The notes under the pieces were generated by a model. It ran no database searches. It was not told where the DNA came from and worked only from the letters and a program-made list of their open reading frames with translations. From positions 1 through 64,000 of the forward strand of contig CAWGSK010000015.1 of the NCBI GenBank assembly GCA_963825055.1: a stretch of 64,000 nt of DNA, given 5' to 3'. Each line of letters starts with the position of its first letter. The first letter of the stretch is position 1. Origin of the DNA: an uncultured Gemmatimonadales bacterium. GTDB taxonomy: Bacteria; Gemmatimonadota; Gemmatimonadetes; Gemmatimonadales; GWC2-71-9. The translations under genes and the position numbers were made by a program. Shown one piece after another: positions 30,924 to 41,118 of this stretch.

Positions 30924-32354
30924 TCAGTTTCCCCCTGTCATGAGGCGAATCCTGTAGGAATCGGGGCCCGCGGTCACGACGGCGCGCGGCGCGACAGCCT
31001 CGAGGCCATCCGATTCCAGCTCGAAACCCTGGAGTGTCATCGTTGCTCCGGCGGGGATGGTCGCTGGCGATCCGCCTGCCAGAAGCCGCGGCAGGTCCTC
31101 TGCCGGAAGCACGAGCCGGACAAGACCGGTGGTATCCTGGACCGCGGGGACGGAGATGGTTGCACTTACCCCCTCGCCCCCGCATATCCGCAGGAAGCGG
31201 AGGTGGAGCAGCCGCCCCGACGGGTCCTGGAGGAGGTTCTGCGGGTCGAACCCGCACCAGTCAAAATGGCCCGATGGGAGACCGCCGGGATCGAGCGTAA
31301 TGACGAGGCCCGGGGCCGAGGTGATGCTGTCCGCCATCCGGCGGCGTTCACTGCCCAGGTGTTCCACGGCCTGACGTGCCTCCTGTTCGAGCGACAGCCT
31401 CTCGTCCTCGAATCCGGTTAGATCCGCCTGCCCAGGCCCGACCACGCTCGCCAGCTCCTCCTGGACGGTGCGATCCTGATCCAGGAGTTCCTCCTTCCAG
31501 CCCGGCGAGAGCCGGTCGAGCAGCAGCCCCATGACGGCTCCCGTCGCGTAGAAGCGCCGCCGCACCGATCGCGCCGCGTAGGTGAGGGCGCTGTCCAGTA
31601 CCCCACCCTCGATCGCGACTTCATGACGGAACTGTGCCGGGGTAATGCCCGGCGCCCGCCCCGCGAGTTCCCGGATGCCGGCCAGCTGGAGGTACTGGGC
31701 CATGCCCTCGTGCAGTTCGGCGGCCTGCTCATAGGCGACCATCGCGCTGTCGAGGCGTGCCTGCCGTGCCCGGCGAACGGCGAGAAACGCCCGCACGAGC
31801 CGACGGGTACCGGAAGTGTCCCGGGCCTGCCAGGCACGGTGCAGCAGCCGGCTCTCCAGGGCGAAGGCCGCCTCGTTGTCTGCGTGATACACCGGGTAGG
31901 TGGCGGTCAGCATGGAGTTCTCTCCCCAGCCAAACCGCCGGCCTTCAACCCGTGCCGCGCGTTCGTGCGAATGGAACCGCTCATGCAGCGCGAGCCCCAT
32001 GGTCGGGGCTCGTCCCTGCCCGCTGTCCACCCCGAGGAATGCGATAAGGCGCCCGGCAGGAAAGGAGACTCGGCTGGTATCGATCCAGGATGCCCCGGTG
32101 GCGCCGGGCACCGGATGGAAAGACTCCGGCGGCGCACCGCGCCACTGGGTCATGACCTTGGCGACCCGGGGGATGATGTACAGCGTGGGGATGGTATCCG
32201 GCTGGAACCCGGGCCAGAGATTCCGGTTGATGGCGGGACCCGCGGCCCGAATGTCGTGATCAAGGGCGAGGATGCTCCGGACGGTGTCCGGCGGGGCCTG
32301 GGCCGCGACCGGCGTCGCGGCCAGAGCGAGACAGAGCAGGGCTGGAATGCGCAT
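30924..32354 (-). CDS. Secreted protein, putative gluzincin-type metallopeptidase
   Basis: Signal peptide MRIPALLCLALAATPVAA; HERFH (HExxH); downstream EGMAQY. Confidence 0.6.
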   Translation of the reverse strand: MRIPALLCLALAATPVAAQAPPDTVRSILALDHDIRAAGPAINRNLWPGFQPDTIPTLYIIPRVAKVMTQWRGAPPESFHPVPGATGASWIDTSRVSFPAGRLIAFLGVDSGQGRAPTMGLALHERFHSHERAARVEGRRFGWGENSMLTATYPVYHADNEAAFALESRLLHRAWQARDTSGTRRLVRAFLAVRRARQARLDSAMVAYEQAAELHEGMAQYLQLAGIRELAGRAPGITPAQFRHEVAIEGGVLDSALTYAARSVRRRFYATGAVMGLLLDRLSPGWKEELLDQDRTVQEELASVVGPGQADLTGFEDERLSLEQEARQAVEHLGSERRRMADSITSAPGLVITLDPGGLPSGHFDWCGFDPQNLLQDPSGRLLHLRFLRICGGEGVSATISVPAVQDTTGLVRLVLPAEDLPRLLAGGSPATIPAGATMTLQGFELESDGLEAVAPRAVVTAGPDSYRIRLMTGGN

Positions 32355-32419
32355 GATGGTCTCCGTCCATTCGGGGGTTCCTTATCCCGATGCGCCGCTC
32401 GCCCGGTGCGTCGCGCGGT

Positions 32420-33751
32420 TCAGGCCGGGCGCATCCGGATGTGGTCCGCCTCCTCGCTCAGGTTCGGGATGCCCAGCTGTCCCTCGGTGGCGGCGATTAC
32501 CGTTGCCACGGTGGCATCGCCCGTCACGTTCGTCACCGTGCGCAGCATGTCGAGGATGCGGTCCACGCCCAGAATGAGTGCGATCCCGGCGGAGGGGACG
32601 CCGACCGCCTCCAGGATGATCACCAGCATGACGATGCCGGCACTCGGCACGGCAGCGGTGCCGATGCTGGCCAGCACGGCCGTGAGCACGATCATCAGCT
32701 GCGCCCCGAGGCCGAGCTGCATGCCCAGTGCCTGGGCGATGAAGACCGCGGCCACGGCCTGGTAGAGGGCGGTACCGTCCATGTTGATGGTGGCGCCGAG
32801 TGGCAGGACAAAGGCGCTCACCTCCTCGGAGACCCCGAGCTTCTCCTCGCAGCGTTCCATCGTGACCGGCAAGGTGGCGCCGCTCGAGCTGGTGGTGAAG
32901 GCGACCAGCTGGGCGGGGCCCATCCCGGCGTAGAACGTCCGGATCGGCATCTTCGTGAACAGCTTGAGCAGGCCCGTGTAGGTGATGGCCATGTGGAGGA
33001 TGAGGCCGAGCACCACGGCGATCATGTAGAAGCCGAGTGCGCCGAGCAGCCGGACGATCTGTCCCAGGTCACCGCCCGCGACCGATGTGATCGTGTCCGC
33101 GATGAGCGCGAAGACGCCGATCGGCGCCATGAGCATGATCAGGTCCACCAGCCGGATGATCACGTCGTTCATGCCGTCCACGAACGCGATGACCGGCTTC
33201 GCCTTCTCGGGGCTGACCTGGATCAGGCCGATGCCGATCAGCAGTGCCACGAAGACGACCTGGAGCATGTTGCTGTTGTTGGATGCCGCGCCAAAGAAGT
33301 TGTCCGGAACGATGTCCACGATGACCTGGAGCGGGCCGCGTTCCTTCGCGCCCGCCGCCGCCGTCTCCTGGGACGATGCGTCGGACGCGTATGTCTCCTG
33401 GAGCTGGTTGCGCATGTCCTCGGGCACGCGGTGCCCCGGCTGCATGATATTGACGACAGCGAGGCCGATGGTCACCGCGATGGCCGTGGTGATCAGGTAG
33501 ATGGCGATGGTCTTCCCGCCAATCCGGGACAGCTTCTTCAGGTCACTGAGCGACGCCACGCCGTTGATCAGTGATGCGAGTACCAGTGGTACCGCGATCA
33601 GCTTGAGGCCGTTCAGGAAGATCTTGCCGAACGGGGCAACCCAGTTACGGGTAAAGACCTGCCACCCGTTCGCGGCCGCGAGGACGCCGAAGGCAAGGCC
33701 GAGGAGCAGGCCGAGGATGATCTGCCAGTGCAGCTTCCGGTACCAGGGCAT
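32420..33751 (-). CDS. Dicarboxylate/amino acid:cation symporter (DAACS, GltP-like)
   Basis: TTSSSGATLP, LPLGATINMDGTALY, GTAAVPSAG, VDRILDMLRTVTNVTGD. Confidence 0.93.
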   Translation of the reverse strand: MPWYRKLHWQIILGLLLGLAFGVLAAANGWQVFTRNWVAPFGKIFLNGLKLIAVPLVLASLINGVASLSDLKKLSRIGGKTIAIYLITTAIAVTIGLAVVNIMQPGHRVPEDMRNQLQETYASDASSQETAAAGAKERGPLQVIVDIVPDNFFGAASNNSNMLQVVFVALLIGIGLIQVSPEKAKPVIAFVDGMNDVIIRLVDLIMLMAPIGVFALIADTITSVAGGDLGQIVRLLGALGFYMIAVVLGLILHMAITYTGLLKLFTKMPIRTFYAGMGPAQLVAFTTSSSGATLPVTMERCEEKLGVSEEVSAFVLPLGATINMDGTALYQAVAAVFIAQALGMQLGLGAQLMIVLTAVLASIGTAAVPSAGIVMLVIILEAVGVPSAGIALILGVDRILDMLRTVTNVTGDATVATVIAATEGQLGIPNLSEEADHIRMRPA

Positions 33752-33899
33752 GGGCGGGACCTGTGCAGGGGCATGAAGATGGGCGACCGCGCCGGCCTGG
33801 GCCGGCAGAATGGAACGCCGTGAGGTGCGGATCGGTTCGGTCGGGCTGGTTCGGGAATCGTAGCCGGGAACTGGGGGTGAGGCAATGTTGCCCGGGGGG

Positions 33900-33988
33900 G
33901 TTGAGTCGATGAAGCGTGGAGTCGTGGAGTCGCAGCACCGGGTTGGGACCGTCTGCTACTCAACGACTCAACTACTCAACCACTCAAC
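33900..33988. repeat. Inverted pair of 8-bp arrays (GTTGAGTC-like x4 and GACTCAAC-like x4)
   Basis: Left arm 33900-33931, right arm 33957-33988, inner GCAG/CTGC pair; contains the gluQ stop codon. Confidence 0.85.
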
Positions 33989-34884
33989 GCCTTCACAGCT
34001 GCCTCCCTCACTCTCTCCGCCGACCATCCCCGCTCCCTCAACTCCCTCACCGCCGTGTCCCCCGACGCCTTGCTGAGTTTGCGGCCATCCGGGCGGAGGA
34101 TCAGCGGATGATGCACGTACACCGGAGGCACCGGCCGTCCGAGCAGGCGGGCGAGGCGGATCTGGCGGCCGGTCGAGGACAGGATGTCGGTGCCGCGGAT
34201 GACGAGATCGATCCCCTGTTCCAGGTCGTCCACCGTCACGGCGAACTGGTAGGTCCAGTTGCCGTTCCGGTCCCGTACCAGAAGGTCGCCGCACTGTGCG
34301 GCGGGGTCCTGCTCCACTGCCCCCAGCACGCCATCGGTGAAAGACTCAACGCCCGGCTCCATCCGAACCCGCAGCCCGGCGCCTTCCGCGCATGGCCCGC
34401 ATCGCGGCAGGTGCCGGGATAGTGCTGTTCCTCGCCGAAAGCTGTCCTCGGCGACCTCCGCGATGTCCTTGCGTGAGCAGGTGCAGGCGTACACCAGGCC
34501 CATGGCGTCGAGCCGGTCGAGGGCAGTCTGGTAGATGGCAGAGCGGGAGGATTGGCGGACAGGGCAGACAGGACGGACAGGACGGTCAAGGCGGACAGGG
34601 CGGTCAGGGCGGTCAGGGCGGTCAAGGCGGTCGGGGTGGATGAAGCCGAGCCAGGCGAGGTCCTCCAGCAGGGTCTCCTCGTATTCCGGCCGGCAGCGGC
34701 CCCGGTCATGATCCTCGATCCGGAGCAGTACCTCGCCGTTCAGCTCGCGCGCCAGTTCCCAGACCCAGAGTGCATTCAGGACGTGGCCCAGGTGCAGGTA
34801 CCCCGTCGGCGCCGGCGCGAAGCGGGTGCGGGGCCGGACGGGGAGGCGGGGGGATAAGTGAGCGGAAAGGTCGGATGGGAGCAC
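33976..34884 (-). CDS. gluQ: Glutamyl-Q tRNA(Asp) synthetase (GluQ/YadB) with two compensating frameshifts and an in-frame repeat insertion; start approximate
   Basis: TRFAPAPTGYLHLGH, LRIEDHD, RQS, YACTCSR, YQFAVTVDD, IRGTD, KLSKAS; no anticodon-binding domain; YPGTCR found in an alternative frame. Confidence 0.85.
   Translation of the reverse strand: MLPSDLSAHLSPRLPVRPRTRFAPAPTGYLHLGHVLNALWVWELARELNGEVLLRIEDHDRGRCRPEYEETLLEDLAWLGFIHPDRLDRPDRPDRPVRLDRPVRPVCPVRQSSRSAIYQTALDRLDAMGLVYACTCSRKDIAEVAEDSFRRGTALSRHLPRCGPCAEGAGLRVRMEPGVESFTDGVLGAVEQDPAAQCGDLLVRDRNGNWTYQFAVTVDDLEQGIDLVIRGTDILSSTGRQIRLARLLGRPVPPVYVHHPLILRPDGRKLSKASGDTAVRELRERGWSAERVREAAVKALSG
34558..34638. repeat. 9-bp tandem array (GACAGGGCG-like x9) inside gluQ
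   Basis: Encodes HPDRLDRPDRPDRPVRLDRPVRPVCPV on the minus strand. Confidence 0.9.
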
Positions 34885-34893
34885 AGGGAGTAC

Positions 34894-34964
34894 GTTGAGT
34901 AGTTGAGTGGTTGAGTGGTTGAATCGTAACACTACTTAACTACTCAGCGACTTAACGACTCCAC
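34894..34964. repeat. Inverted pair of 8-bp arrays (GTTGAGTG-like x4 and TACTTAAC-like x4) with a 7-nt loop
   Basis: Left arm 34894-34925, right arm 34933-34964; lies between divergent gluQ and DAACS genes. Confidence 0.85.
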
Positions 34965-35035
34965 TGCTCCCCCTTGCCACCCCTTACCCGCCACCCGATA
35001 CTCCAACCCGTCCCCAACCACCCTGAACGGGTTCC

Positions 35036-36322
35036 ATGACAACAGAACACGTGGCCCGGCGCATCCCGCTGTCCACCAAGATCCTGCTGGGCCTGCTGGT
35101 TGGCGCGGTGCTCGGCATCGGGTCGAACCTGCTCTGGCACGGCAGTCCGCGCCTCATCTGGATCGCGGACAACGTGGCCAACCCTCTCGGGCAGGTCTTC
35201 CTCCGCCTCCTGTTCATGGTGGTGGTGCCGCTGATTTTCACATCGCTGGCGCTCGGCGTCGCCTCCCTGGGTGACCTGCGGAAGCTGGGGCGGATCGGCG
35301 GGCGCACATTGCTGATGTTCGTGGTGACGACCGCCATGGCCGCGACCATCGGTATCGCGATGATGAACCTGACGCGGCCGGGTGAGCGGATGGACGCGGC
35401 CACGCGGGAGCAGCTGATGGCCGAATATGCGCCGCAGGCGAGCGAGAAGGCCGCGCTCTCCCAGGCCAACGAGTTCGGCATCTCGACACTCGTCAACATC
35501 GTGCCCCGGAACCCGATCGCCGCCGCCGCCAATGGCGACACGCTGGCCCTCATTTTCTTCACGCTGATCTTCGGCGTGGCCCTGACCCGGATTTCGCCCG
35601 AGCGGGCCGCCCCGGTGATCAGGGTACTGGAAGGGATCGGCGATGCCGTCATGGCGATCATCGAGCTCACCATGCGCCTGGCGCCGATCGGAGTGGCGGG
35701 GCTCATCTTTTCCGTCACCGCCAAGTTCGGGCTCGACGTGCTGAAAGCGCTGGCCGCCTATGTCATCGTGGTGCTGGCCGCCCTGATCATTCACCAGTTC
35801 GTGGTGATCGGAGCACTGGCCAAGGTCCTGGCGGGTCAGCCGGTCGGCCAGTTCTTTGCCAAGTGCAAGACGCTCATGATCACCGGCTTCTCCACCAGCA
35901 GCAGCAACGCGACGCTGCCCACCACCATTCGCACCGCCGAGGAGAACTTCGGTGTTCCGCCCGAGATCGCGGGATTCGTGCTGCCGCTTGGCGCGACGAT
36001 GAACATGAACGGCACCGCCCTCTTCGAGGGGATGACCGTGCTCTTCCTGGCGCAGGTGTTCGGGGTGCACCTGAGCCTCGCCTCGCAGGTGCTGGTGGTG
36101 GGCATGTCGGTGATCACGGCCATCGGCGTGGCCGGCGTGCCGAGCGGGAGCATCCCGCTCTTGATTATGGTGATGGAAATGGTGGGGGTACCCGGCGCGG
36201 GGATCGCGCTGATCCTGGGCGTGGACCGGATCCTCGACATGTCCCGCACGGTACCGAACGTGACGGGCGACCTGCTGACGTCGCTGGTGATTGCGAGGGG
36301 AGAGAAGAGCGATACTGCGTGA
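35036..36322 (+). CDS. Dicarboxylate/amino acid:cation symporter (DAACS), second paralog
   Basis: STSSSNATLP, LPLGATMNMNGTALF, GVAGVPSG, VDRILDMSRTVPNVTGD. Confidence 0.93.
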   Translation: MTTEHVARRIPLSTKILLGLLVGAVLGIGSNLLWHGSPRLIWIADNVANPLGQVFLRLLFMVVVPLIFTSLALGVASLGDLRKLGRIGGRTLLMFVVTTAMAATIGIAMMNLTRPGERMDAATREQLMAEYAPQASEKAALSQANEFGISTLVNIVPRNPIAAAANGDTLALIFFTLIFGVALTRISPERAAPVIRVLEGIGDAVMAIIELTMRLAPIGVAGLIFSVTAKFGLDVLKALAAYVIVVLAALIIHQFVVIGALAKVLAGQPVGQFFAKCKTLMITGFSTSSSNATLPTTIRTAEENFGVPPEIAGFVLPLGATMNMNGTALFEGMTVLFLAQVFGVHLSLASQVLVVGMSVITAIGVAGVPSGSIPLLIMVMEMVGVPGAGIALILGVDRILDMSRTVPNVTGDLLTSLVIARGEKSDTA

Positions 36323-36374
36323 GCGGTGAGCGGTGAGCAGGAACCTCGTCCCGCTTACCGCTTACCGCTTACGC
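36317..36374. terminator. 22-bp hairpin built from 7-bp repeats between convergent genes
   Basis: GCGTGAGC(GGTGAGC)2, 14-nt loop, (GCTTACC)2GCTTACGC; three G-U pairs on the plus-strand RNA; no U-tract. Confidence 0.6.
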
Positions 36375-36375
36375 T

Positions 36376-37482
36376 TCATCGACTGGCCAGCTCCCCCGCC
36401 TTCTTCTCGATCGTGGTCAGGACGTCGAGGTAGCTCCGCTCGAAGCTCTGCACGCCTTCCCGCTCCAGCATCTCCGTCATCCGGCCCAGGTCGATCCCGC
36501 GCGCGGTGAGCGCGTGGAGACTGGTGGGGGCGGCCATGATGCCTTCCTCGATCCGGACATGGGGATCGCCATGGTCGCGGTAGGCCTCGATGGTATCGGG
36601 CGGCAGGGTGTTCACGGTGTCCGGCGCGATCAGGGCCTCCACATACTTCACATCCGAATAGGCGGGGTCCTTGGTGCTGGTGCTGGCCCAGAGCGGGCGC
36701 TGCACGTGCGCGCCGGCGTCGGCCAGCTTCCGCCAGCGCTTGCCGCCCAGGGATTTCCGGAAGACGTCGTACGCCACGCAGGCGTTCGCGACGGCAATGG
36801 TGCCCCGGATGTGCTTCGGGTCGCCCAGGCGGTCCAGCTCCGGGTCCACGATCTTGTCCACCCGGCTCACGAAGAAGCTGGCCACCGAGCGGATCCGGTC
36901 CACCGGCTGGCCATGGCTCAATCGCTCCTCCAGCCCCTTGAAGAACGCCTCGATCACGTACTCGTAGCGCGTGATAGCGAAGAGCAGCGTGATGTTGATG
37001 TTGATCCCCGCCGCCAGGCTCCGCGTGATCGCAGGCAGGCCCGCCTTCGTGCCGGGGATCTTGATCATGACGTTGGGCCGGTCCACCGACTCCCAGAGGC
37101 GGGCGGCCTCCGTGATGGTGCCGTCGGTGTCGTCCGCCAGGGTGGGCGACACTTCGAGGGAGACCAGTCCGTGGAGCCCGTTCGATTCATCATAGACCGG
37201 CCGGAAGATGTCGCAGGCCTTCTGGACGTCGGATACCGCGAGCGCCTCGAAGATCTGCTCGGATGACTTCCCGGCATTCTGGAGCCGGTGGATATCGGCG
37301 TCGTAGTCGTTGCTGCTGGAGATCGCTTTCTCGAAGATCGTCGGGTTGCTGGTCATCCCCTTCAGGCCGTCCTCGTCAATCAGCCGCTGCAGCTCGCCGC
37401 TCGCCATCAGGTCGCGCGTGATGTAGTCGAGCCAGATGGCCTGGCCCAGCTCACCGAGCCGGATCAGTGGATTGTCGCTCAT
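36376..37482 (-). CDS. tal: Transaldolase
   Basis: [56 protein letters not shown]. Confidence 0.95.
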   Translation of the reverse strand: MSDNPLIRLGELGQAIWLDYITRDLMASGELQRLIDEDGLKGMTSNPTIFEKAISSSNDYDADIHRLQNAGKSSEQIFEALAVSDVQKACDIFRPVYDESNGLHGLVSLEVSPTLADDTDGTITEAARLWESVDRPNVMIKIPGTKAGLPAITRSLAAGININITLLFAITRYEYVIEAFFKGLEERLSHGQPVDRIRSVASFFVSRVDKIVDPELDRLGDPKHIRGTIAVANACVAYDVFRKSLGGKRWRKLADAGAHVQRPLWASTSTKDPAYSDVKYVEALIAPDTVNTLPPDTIEAYRDHGDPHVRIEEGIMAAPTSLHALTARGIDLGRMTEMLEREGVQSFERSYLDVLTTIEKKAGELASR

Positions 37483-39524
37483 GATGCCTCCAGCAGGTCA
37501 CGAACGACCTGCGTGACGTGGTCTGCAGTAAATCCGAATTCCTCCAGCACCCTCTTGCCCGGGGCCGAGGCGCCGAAATGGTCGAGCGCAATGGCGCGGC
37601 CTTCCCGGCCGAGGAAGCGCTCCCAGCCGAAGGACGTGGCGGCCTCGATGGAAACCCGGACCGTGAGGCCGGGCGGCAGCACGTCGTCACGATAGGATTC
37701 CGGCTGGGACTCGAACAATTCCCAGGACGGGAGCGAGACCACCCGTGTCGGCGCGCCATCCTTCGAAAGCGCCTCGGCCGCCTCGAGGGCGACCTGGACC
37801 TCGGAACCGGTGGCGAGCAGGATTGCCACCGGCTTCGTCTTCGGCTCATACAGGACGTAGCCGCCCCGCCGGACACCCTCGGCGTGGCCCAGCGTCGCGC
37901 GATCCAGCACCGGCAGCCCCTGGCGGGTCAGCACGAGCGCCGTCGGCCCTTCCGTGCGGCCGAGGGCGGCGCACCAGGCTTCGCGGGTTTCGTTGGCGTC
38001 GGCGGGGCGGAGGACCACCAGGTTCGGGATGGCCCGCAGCATCGCGAGTTGCTCGACCGGCTGGTGGGTCGGACCGTCCTCCCCCAGCCCCACGGAATCG
38101 TGGGTCCCGATGAAGATGACCGGGAGCCGGGAAAGCGCGGCGAGACGCACCGCGGGTTTCATGTAATCGAAGAAGATGAGGAAGGTGCTGCCGAAGGGCC
38201 GGACGCCGCCATGCGCCGCCATGCCGTTCATGCTGGCGCCCATCCCGTGTTCGCGTACCCCGAAATGCAGGATTGGCCCGGCGCCCTCCGGCCCCATCTC
38301 CGCCGCGCCCTTGAGGTGCGTCCCGGTGCTCTCCGCCAGGTCGGCCGAGCCGCCGATCAGGTTGGGAATCCGGGCGTGGAGCGCGTTCAGGATCTTGTTG
38401 CTGGCCTTCCGCGTGGCGATGGAGCCATCCTCCGGCGTGAACTCCGGCAGGTCACGGTCCCATCCTGCCGGGAGCTTTCCGCTCCACCACTGTTCGAATT
38501 CCCGGGCCAGATCGCCGTTGGTCTTCCGGTAGCCGTCCATCAACTCGTTCCAGGCCGACTCGAGCCGGGCGCCTTCCGCAACCGCTCCGCCCATGTGGGC
38601 GGACACTTCCTGCGGCACGGTGAACGGGGGTTCGGTCCAGCCCATCACTTCCTTTGTGCGGCGGACTTCTTCCTCACCCAGGGGTGAGCCATGCGCCGAG
38701 GCCGTGTCCCGCTTGGTAGGCGCCGGATCGCCGATGATGCTCCGCATCACGATGAGCGTGGGCCGGTTCGACTCCGCGGCAGCGGCCTCGAGCGCGGCGG
38801 CGATCGCATCGAGGTCGTTCGCGTCCTCCACGTAAAGGACGTGCCAGCCGTAAGCGGAAAACCGCGTGCCCACGTCCTCGGTGAAGGCGAGCGAGGTCGA
38901 ACCGTCGATCGTGATGTGATTGTTGTCGTAGATGAACGTGAGTGCCGAGAGTCCAAGGTGGCCCGCCAGGCTCGCGGCCTCGCTCGCCACGCCTTCCATC
39001 AGGTCACCATCGCTCGCGAAGCCCCAGATCCGGTGGTCCATGACCGGGAAATCCGGCTGGTTGAAGCGGCCGGCCAGGAAGCGCTGGGCGATCGCCATGC
39101 CGACGGCGTTGCTGAGCCCCTGGCCGAGTGGTCCGGTGGTGACCTCGACGCCGGGCGTGTGGCCGCGCTCCGGGTGGCCCGGCGTCATCGATCCCCACTG
39201 CCGGAAGTTCCGCAATTCCTCCATGGGGAGATCGTACCCTGTGAGGTGGAGCAGGCTGTAGATCAGCATGGAGGCATGACCGCAGGAGAGCACGAAGCGG
39301 TCGCGGTCGGCCCAGTCGGGGTTCTTCGGATTGTGGCGGAGGAAGCGCTGCCAGAGCACATAGGCCGCGGGAGCCAGGGCCATGGGTGTCCCGGGATGGC
39401 CGCTGTTGGCGGCCTGCACGGCATCCATGGAGAGGGCACGGATCGTATCGATGCTGCGCCAGGCGAGCGTCGTGTCGGCAGCCGGACGCGTGGCGCGGGA
39501 AGACGAAGGGGGTGAAACGGGCAC
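37479..39524 (-). CDS. tkt: Transketolase
   Basis: [62 protein letters not shown]. Confidence 0.97.
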   Translation of the reverse strand: MPVSPPSSSRATRPAADTTLAWRSIDTIRALSMDAVQAANSGHPGTPMALAPAAYVLWQRFLRHNPKNPDWADRDRFVLSCGHASMLIYSLLHLTGYDLPMEELRNFRQWGSMTPGHPERGHTPGVEVTTGPLGQGLSNAVGMAIAQRFLAGRFNQPDFPVMDHRIWGFASDGDLMEGVASEAASLAGHLGLSALTFIYDNNHITIDGSTSLAFTEDVGTRFSAYGWHVLYVEDANDLDAIAAALEAAAAESNRPTLIVMRSIIGDPAPTKRDTASAHGSPLGEEEVRRTKEVMGWTEPPFTVPQEVSAHMGGAVAEGARLESAWNELMDGYRKTNGDLAREFEQWWSGKLPAGWDRDLPEFTPEDGSIATRKASNKILNALHARIPNLIGGSADLAESTGTHLKGAAEMGPEGAGPILHFGVREHGMGASMNGMAAHGGVRPFGSTFLIFFDYMKPAVRLAALSRLPVIFIGTHDSVGLGEDGPTHQPVEQLAMLRAIPNLVVLRPADANETREAWCAALGRTEGPTALVLTRQGLPVLDRATLGHAEGVRRGGYVLYEPKTKPVAILLATGSEVQVALEAAEALSKDGAPTRVVSLPSWELFESQPESYRDDVLPPGLTVRVSIEAATSFGWERFLGREGRAIALDHFGASAPGKRVLEEFGFTADHVTQVVRDLLEAS

Positions 39525-39590
39525 GGACGACTTCTCCCGGAAGGCAGGGTGGCGGGGGCGCGAACCATGAAAAGTAACCGGGCGGGAAAA

Positions 39591-39663
39591 GAAGGTCGAA
39601 GGTCGAAAGTCGGTACACCGAACATCGATCCCTGCCCCCCCGACCTCCCGACCCCTCGGCCTC
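39591..39663. repeat. Inverted pair of 7-bp arrays (GAAGGTC-like x3 and CGACCTC-like x3)
   Basis: gaaggtc gaaggtc gaaagtc ... cgacctc ccgaccc ctcggcctc; immediately after the doxX stop. Confidence 0.7.
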
Positions 39664-39665
39664 TC

Positions 39666-40067
39666 TCAGGCCCTCCGGCCGCTGATCGCGTACGCCCCGG
39701 CGCCGGCGAGGACCAGCGCCAGCGCCATCATCAGCACGGTAAAGGGATGCTCCCATCCGTTGTTCTGAAAATTGAAGCCGTGCTGCCAGTGGACTACGAA
39801 GATGGCGCAGAGCATTTCGATCGCCACCAGCAGCCCGGCGAGCTCGGTCAGCAGGCCGACCAGGATCAGGGTCCCACACCCGACCTCGACGAGCACCGCG
39901 AGCCCGGCAACTATTGCCGGGAGCGGAAAGTCCAGGCTTGCCATGAACCGGGTGGTGCCGCCGAAATCCATTGCCTTCGGGATGCCGTGGTAGATGAGCA
40001 CGGCCGCAAGTGCCAGCCGCAGGACCAGCAGTGCCAGGTCGCGGTCCATCGGGAAAATCCGTCGCAT
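39666..40067 (-). CDS. DoxX-family membrane protein
   Basis: RBS AAGGAGG before MRRIF; LRLALA..LIYHG..K, EVGCG..ILVG, VH...GF...NGWE, GAGAYAI. Confidence 0.9.
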   Translation of the reverse strand: MRRIFPMDRDLALLVLRLALAAVLIYHGIPKAMDFGGTTRFMASLDFPLPAIVAGLAVLVEVGCGTLILVGLLTELAGLLVAIEMLCAIFVVHWQHGFNFQNNGWEHPFTVLMMALALVLAGAGAYAISGRRA

Positions 40068-40167
40068 GTCTGCCTCCTTGGTGCGCTGGGCTGCCTCAAC
40101 CCTAAGCCTCACCGACCTTCTGGCCAAACCTGCCTTCTGGCAGGGGGCTTCCCTTCTGCCGGCAAGG

Positions 40168-40200
40168 TATGTACAATCTTATCTACTCAAACTCTATACA
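40168..40200. promoter_or_regulatory. AT-rich putative promoter/operator for the CarH-like regulator
   Basis: TGTACA (40170), TCTACT (40182), TATACA (40195) directly upstream of the regulator; spacing is 12 and 13 bp, so the match to CarH repeats is imperfect. Confidence 0.4.
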
Positions 40201-40209
40201 GAGAGCACC

Positions 40210-41118
40210 ATGACGAGTCCTGACACCTCGAACCCGCCAATCGGCCCGGCCCCGGACACCCGGGGACGCTACGCCATCGGCGAGGTCACTCGCCTCACGG
40301 GGCTTGGCGCCGAGCGCCTCCGCGCATGGGAACGGCGGTACGAGGCCGTCCGACCAGTCCGCCAGCCGAACGGATACCGCCTGTACAGCGCTGCCCAGGT
40401 GGCGCTTCTGCGGGCCTACGCACGGCTCATCGACGCCGGGGGCATCCGGATCAGCGAACTGGCGGAACTGCCCCGGGAAGAAGTGATCGAGCGGGCCACG
40501 AAGGCAGCCGCAGGGGGTGATCCGGTGCTCGATCTTCTGGGCCTTGCCGAATCCCTGGACCGAGCCGGGTTGACGGCACGGCTCGACCAGGAAATCTCCC
40601 GGCTTGGACTGGCGGGGTTCACGGAGCAGCTCGCCTGGCCCTTTGCCACCCTCCTCGGTGATCGCTGGGCTGCCGGGAAGGTGTCCGTCGGGGTCGAACA
40701 CCTCGCCAGCGACGTGGTCATTCCCGCTTACAAGCAGCGGCTCGGGAGCCGCGCCGGCGAAGGTCCGCTGGTGCTTGGCGCCACGCTGCCGGGCGAACGG
40801 CACGAATGGGGGATCCTGGGCGTGCTCGCGCTCCTGGAGGCGCGGGGGTTCCGGGTAGAGTATCTGGGGCCCGACCTCCCCTTCCAGGACGCGGTGGATG
40901 CGGCCTGGAAGCTCCGACCGGCCTTTCTGGGGCTCAGTATCAGCGACCGTGACCTCCTGCGCTCGCACTTCAGGACGGTCAGGAAGCTGGGCGAGGCGAT
41001 GCCGCCCGAAACAGTCCTGGTGTTCGGGGGGCAGGGCGCGGAGCGCAACCGGCGGCGCCTCAAGGGGTGGGGATACGGGGTCGGGCTGGATGCGGTACGG
41101 ACGGAGGTGGCAGCATGA
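40210..41118 (+). CDS. carH: MerR-family, cobalamin-binding photoreceptor/repressor (CarH/LitR-like)
   Basis: MerR HTH (IGEVTRLTGL..LRAWERRY..GYRLY); W-x9-EH (WAAGKVSVGVEH); ExHxxG (GERHEWG); YLGPDLP; first gene of a crtI-crtB operon. Confidence 0.85.
   Translation: MTSPDTSNPPIGPAPDTRGRYAIGEVTRLTGLGAERLRAWERRYEAVRPVRQPNGYRLYSAAQVALLRAYARLIDAGGIRISELAELPREEVIERATKAAAGGDPVLDLLGLAESLDRAGLTARLDQEISRLGLAGFTEQLAWPFATLLGDRWAAGKVSVGVEHLASDVVIPAYKQRLGSRAGEGPLVLGATLPGERHEWGILGVLALLEARGFRVEYLGPDLPFQDAVDAAWKLRPAFLGLSISDRDLLRSHFRTVRKLGEAMPPETVLVFGGQGAERNRRRLKGWGYGVGLDAVRTEVAA

Noticed and set aside
33976..34884. Call as glutamate--tRNA ligase gltX
   Set aside because: About 300 aa and ends shortly after the KMSKS-like motif, with no anticodon-binding domain; this fits GluQ.
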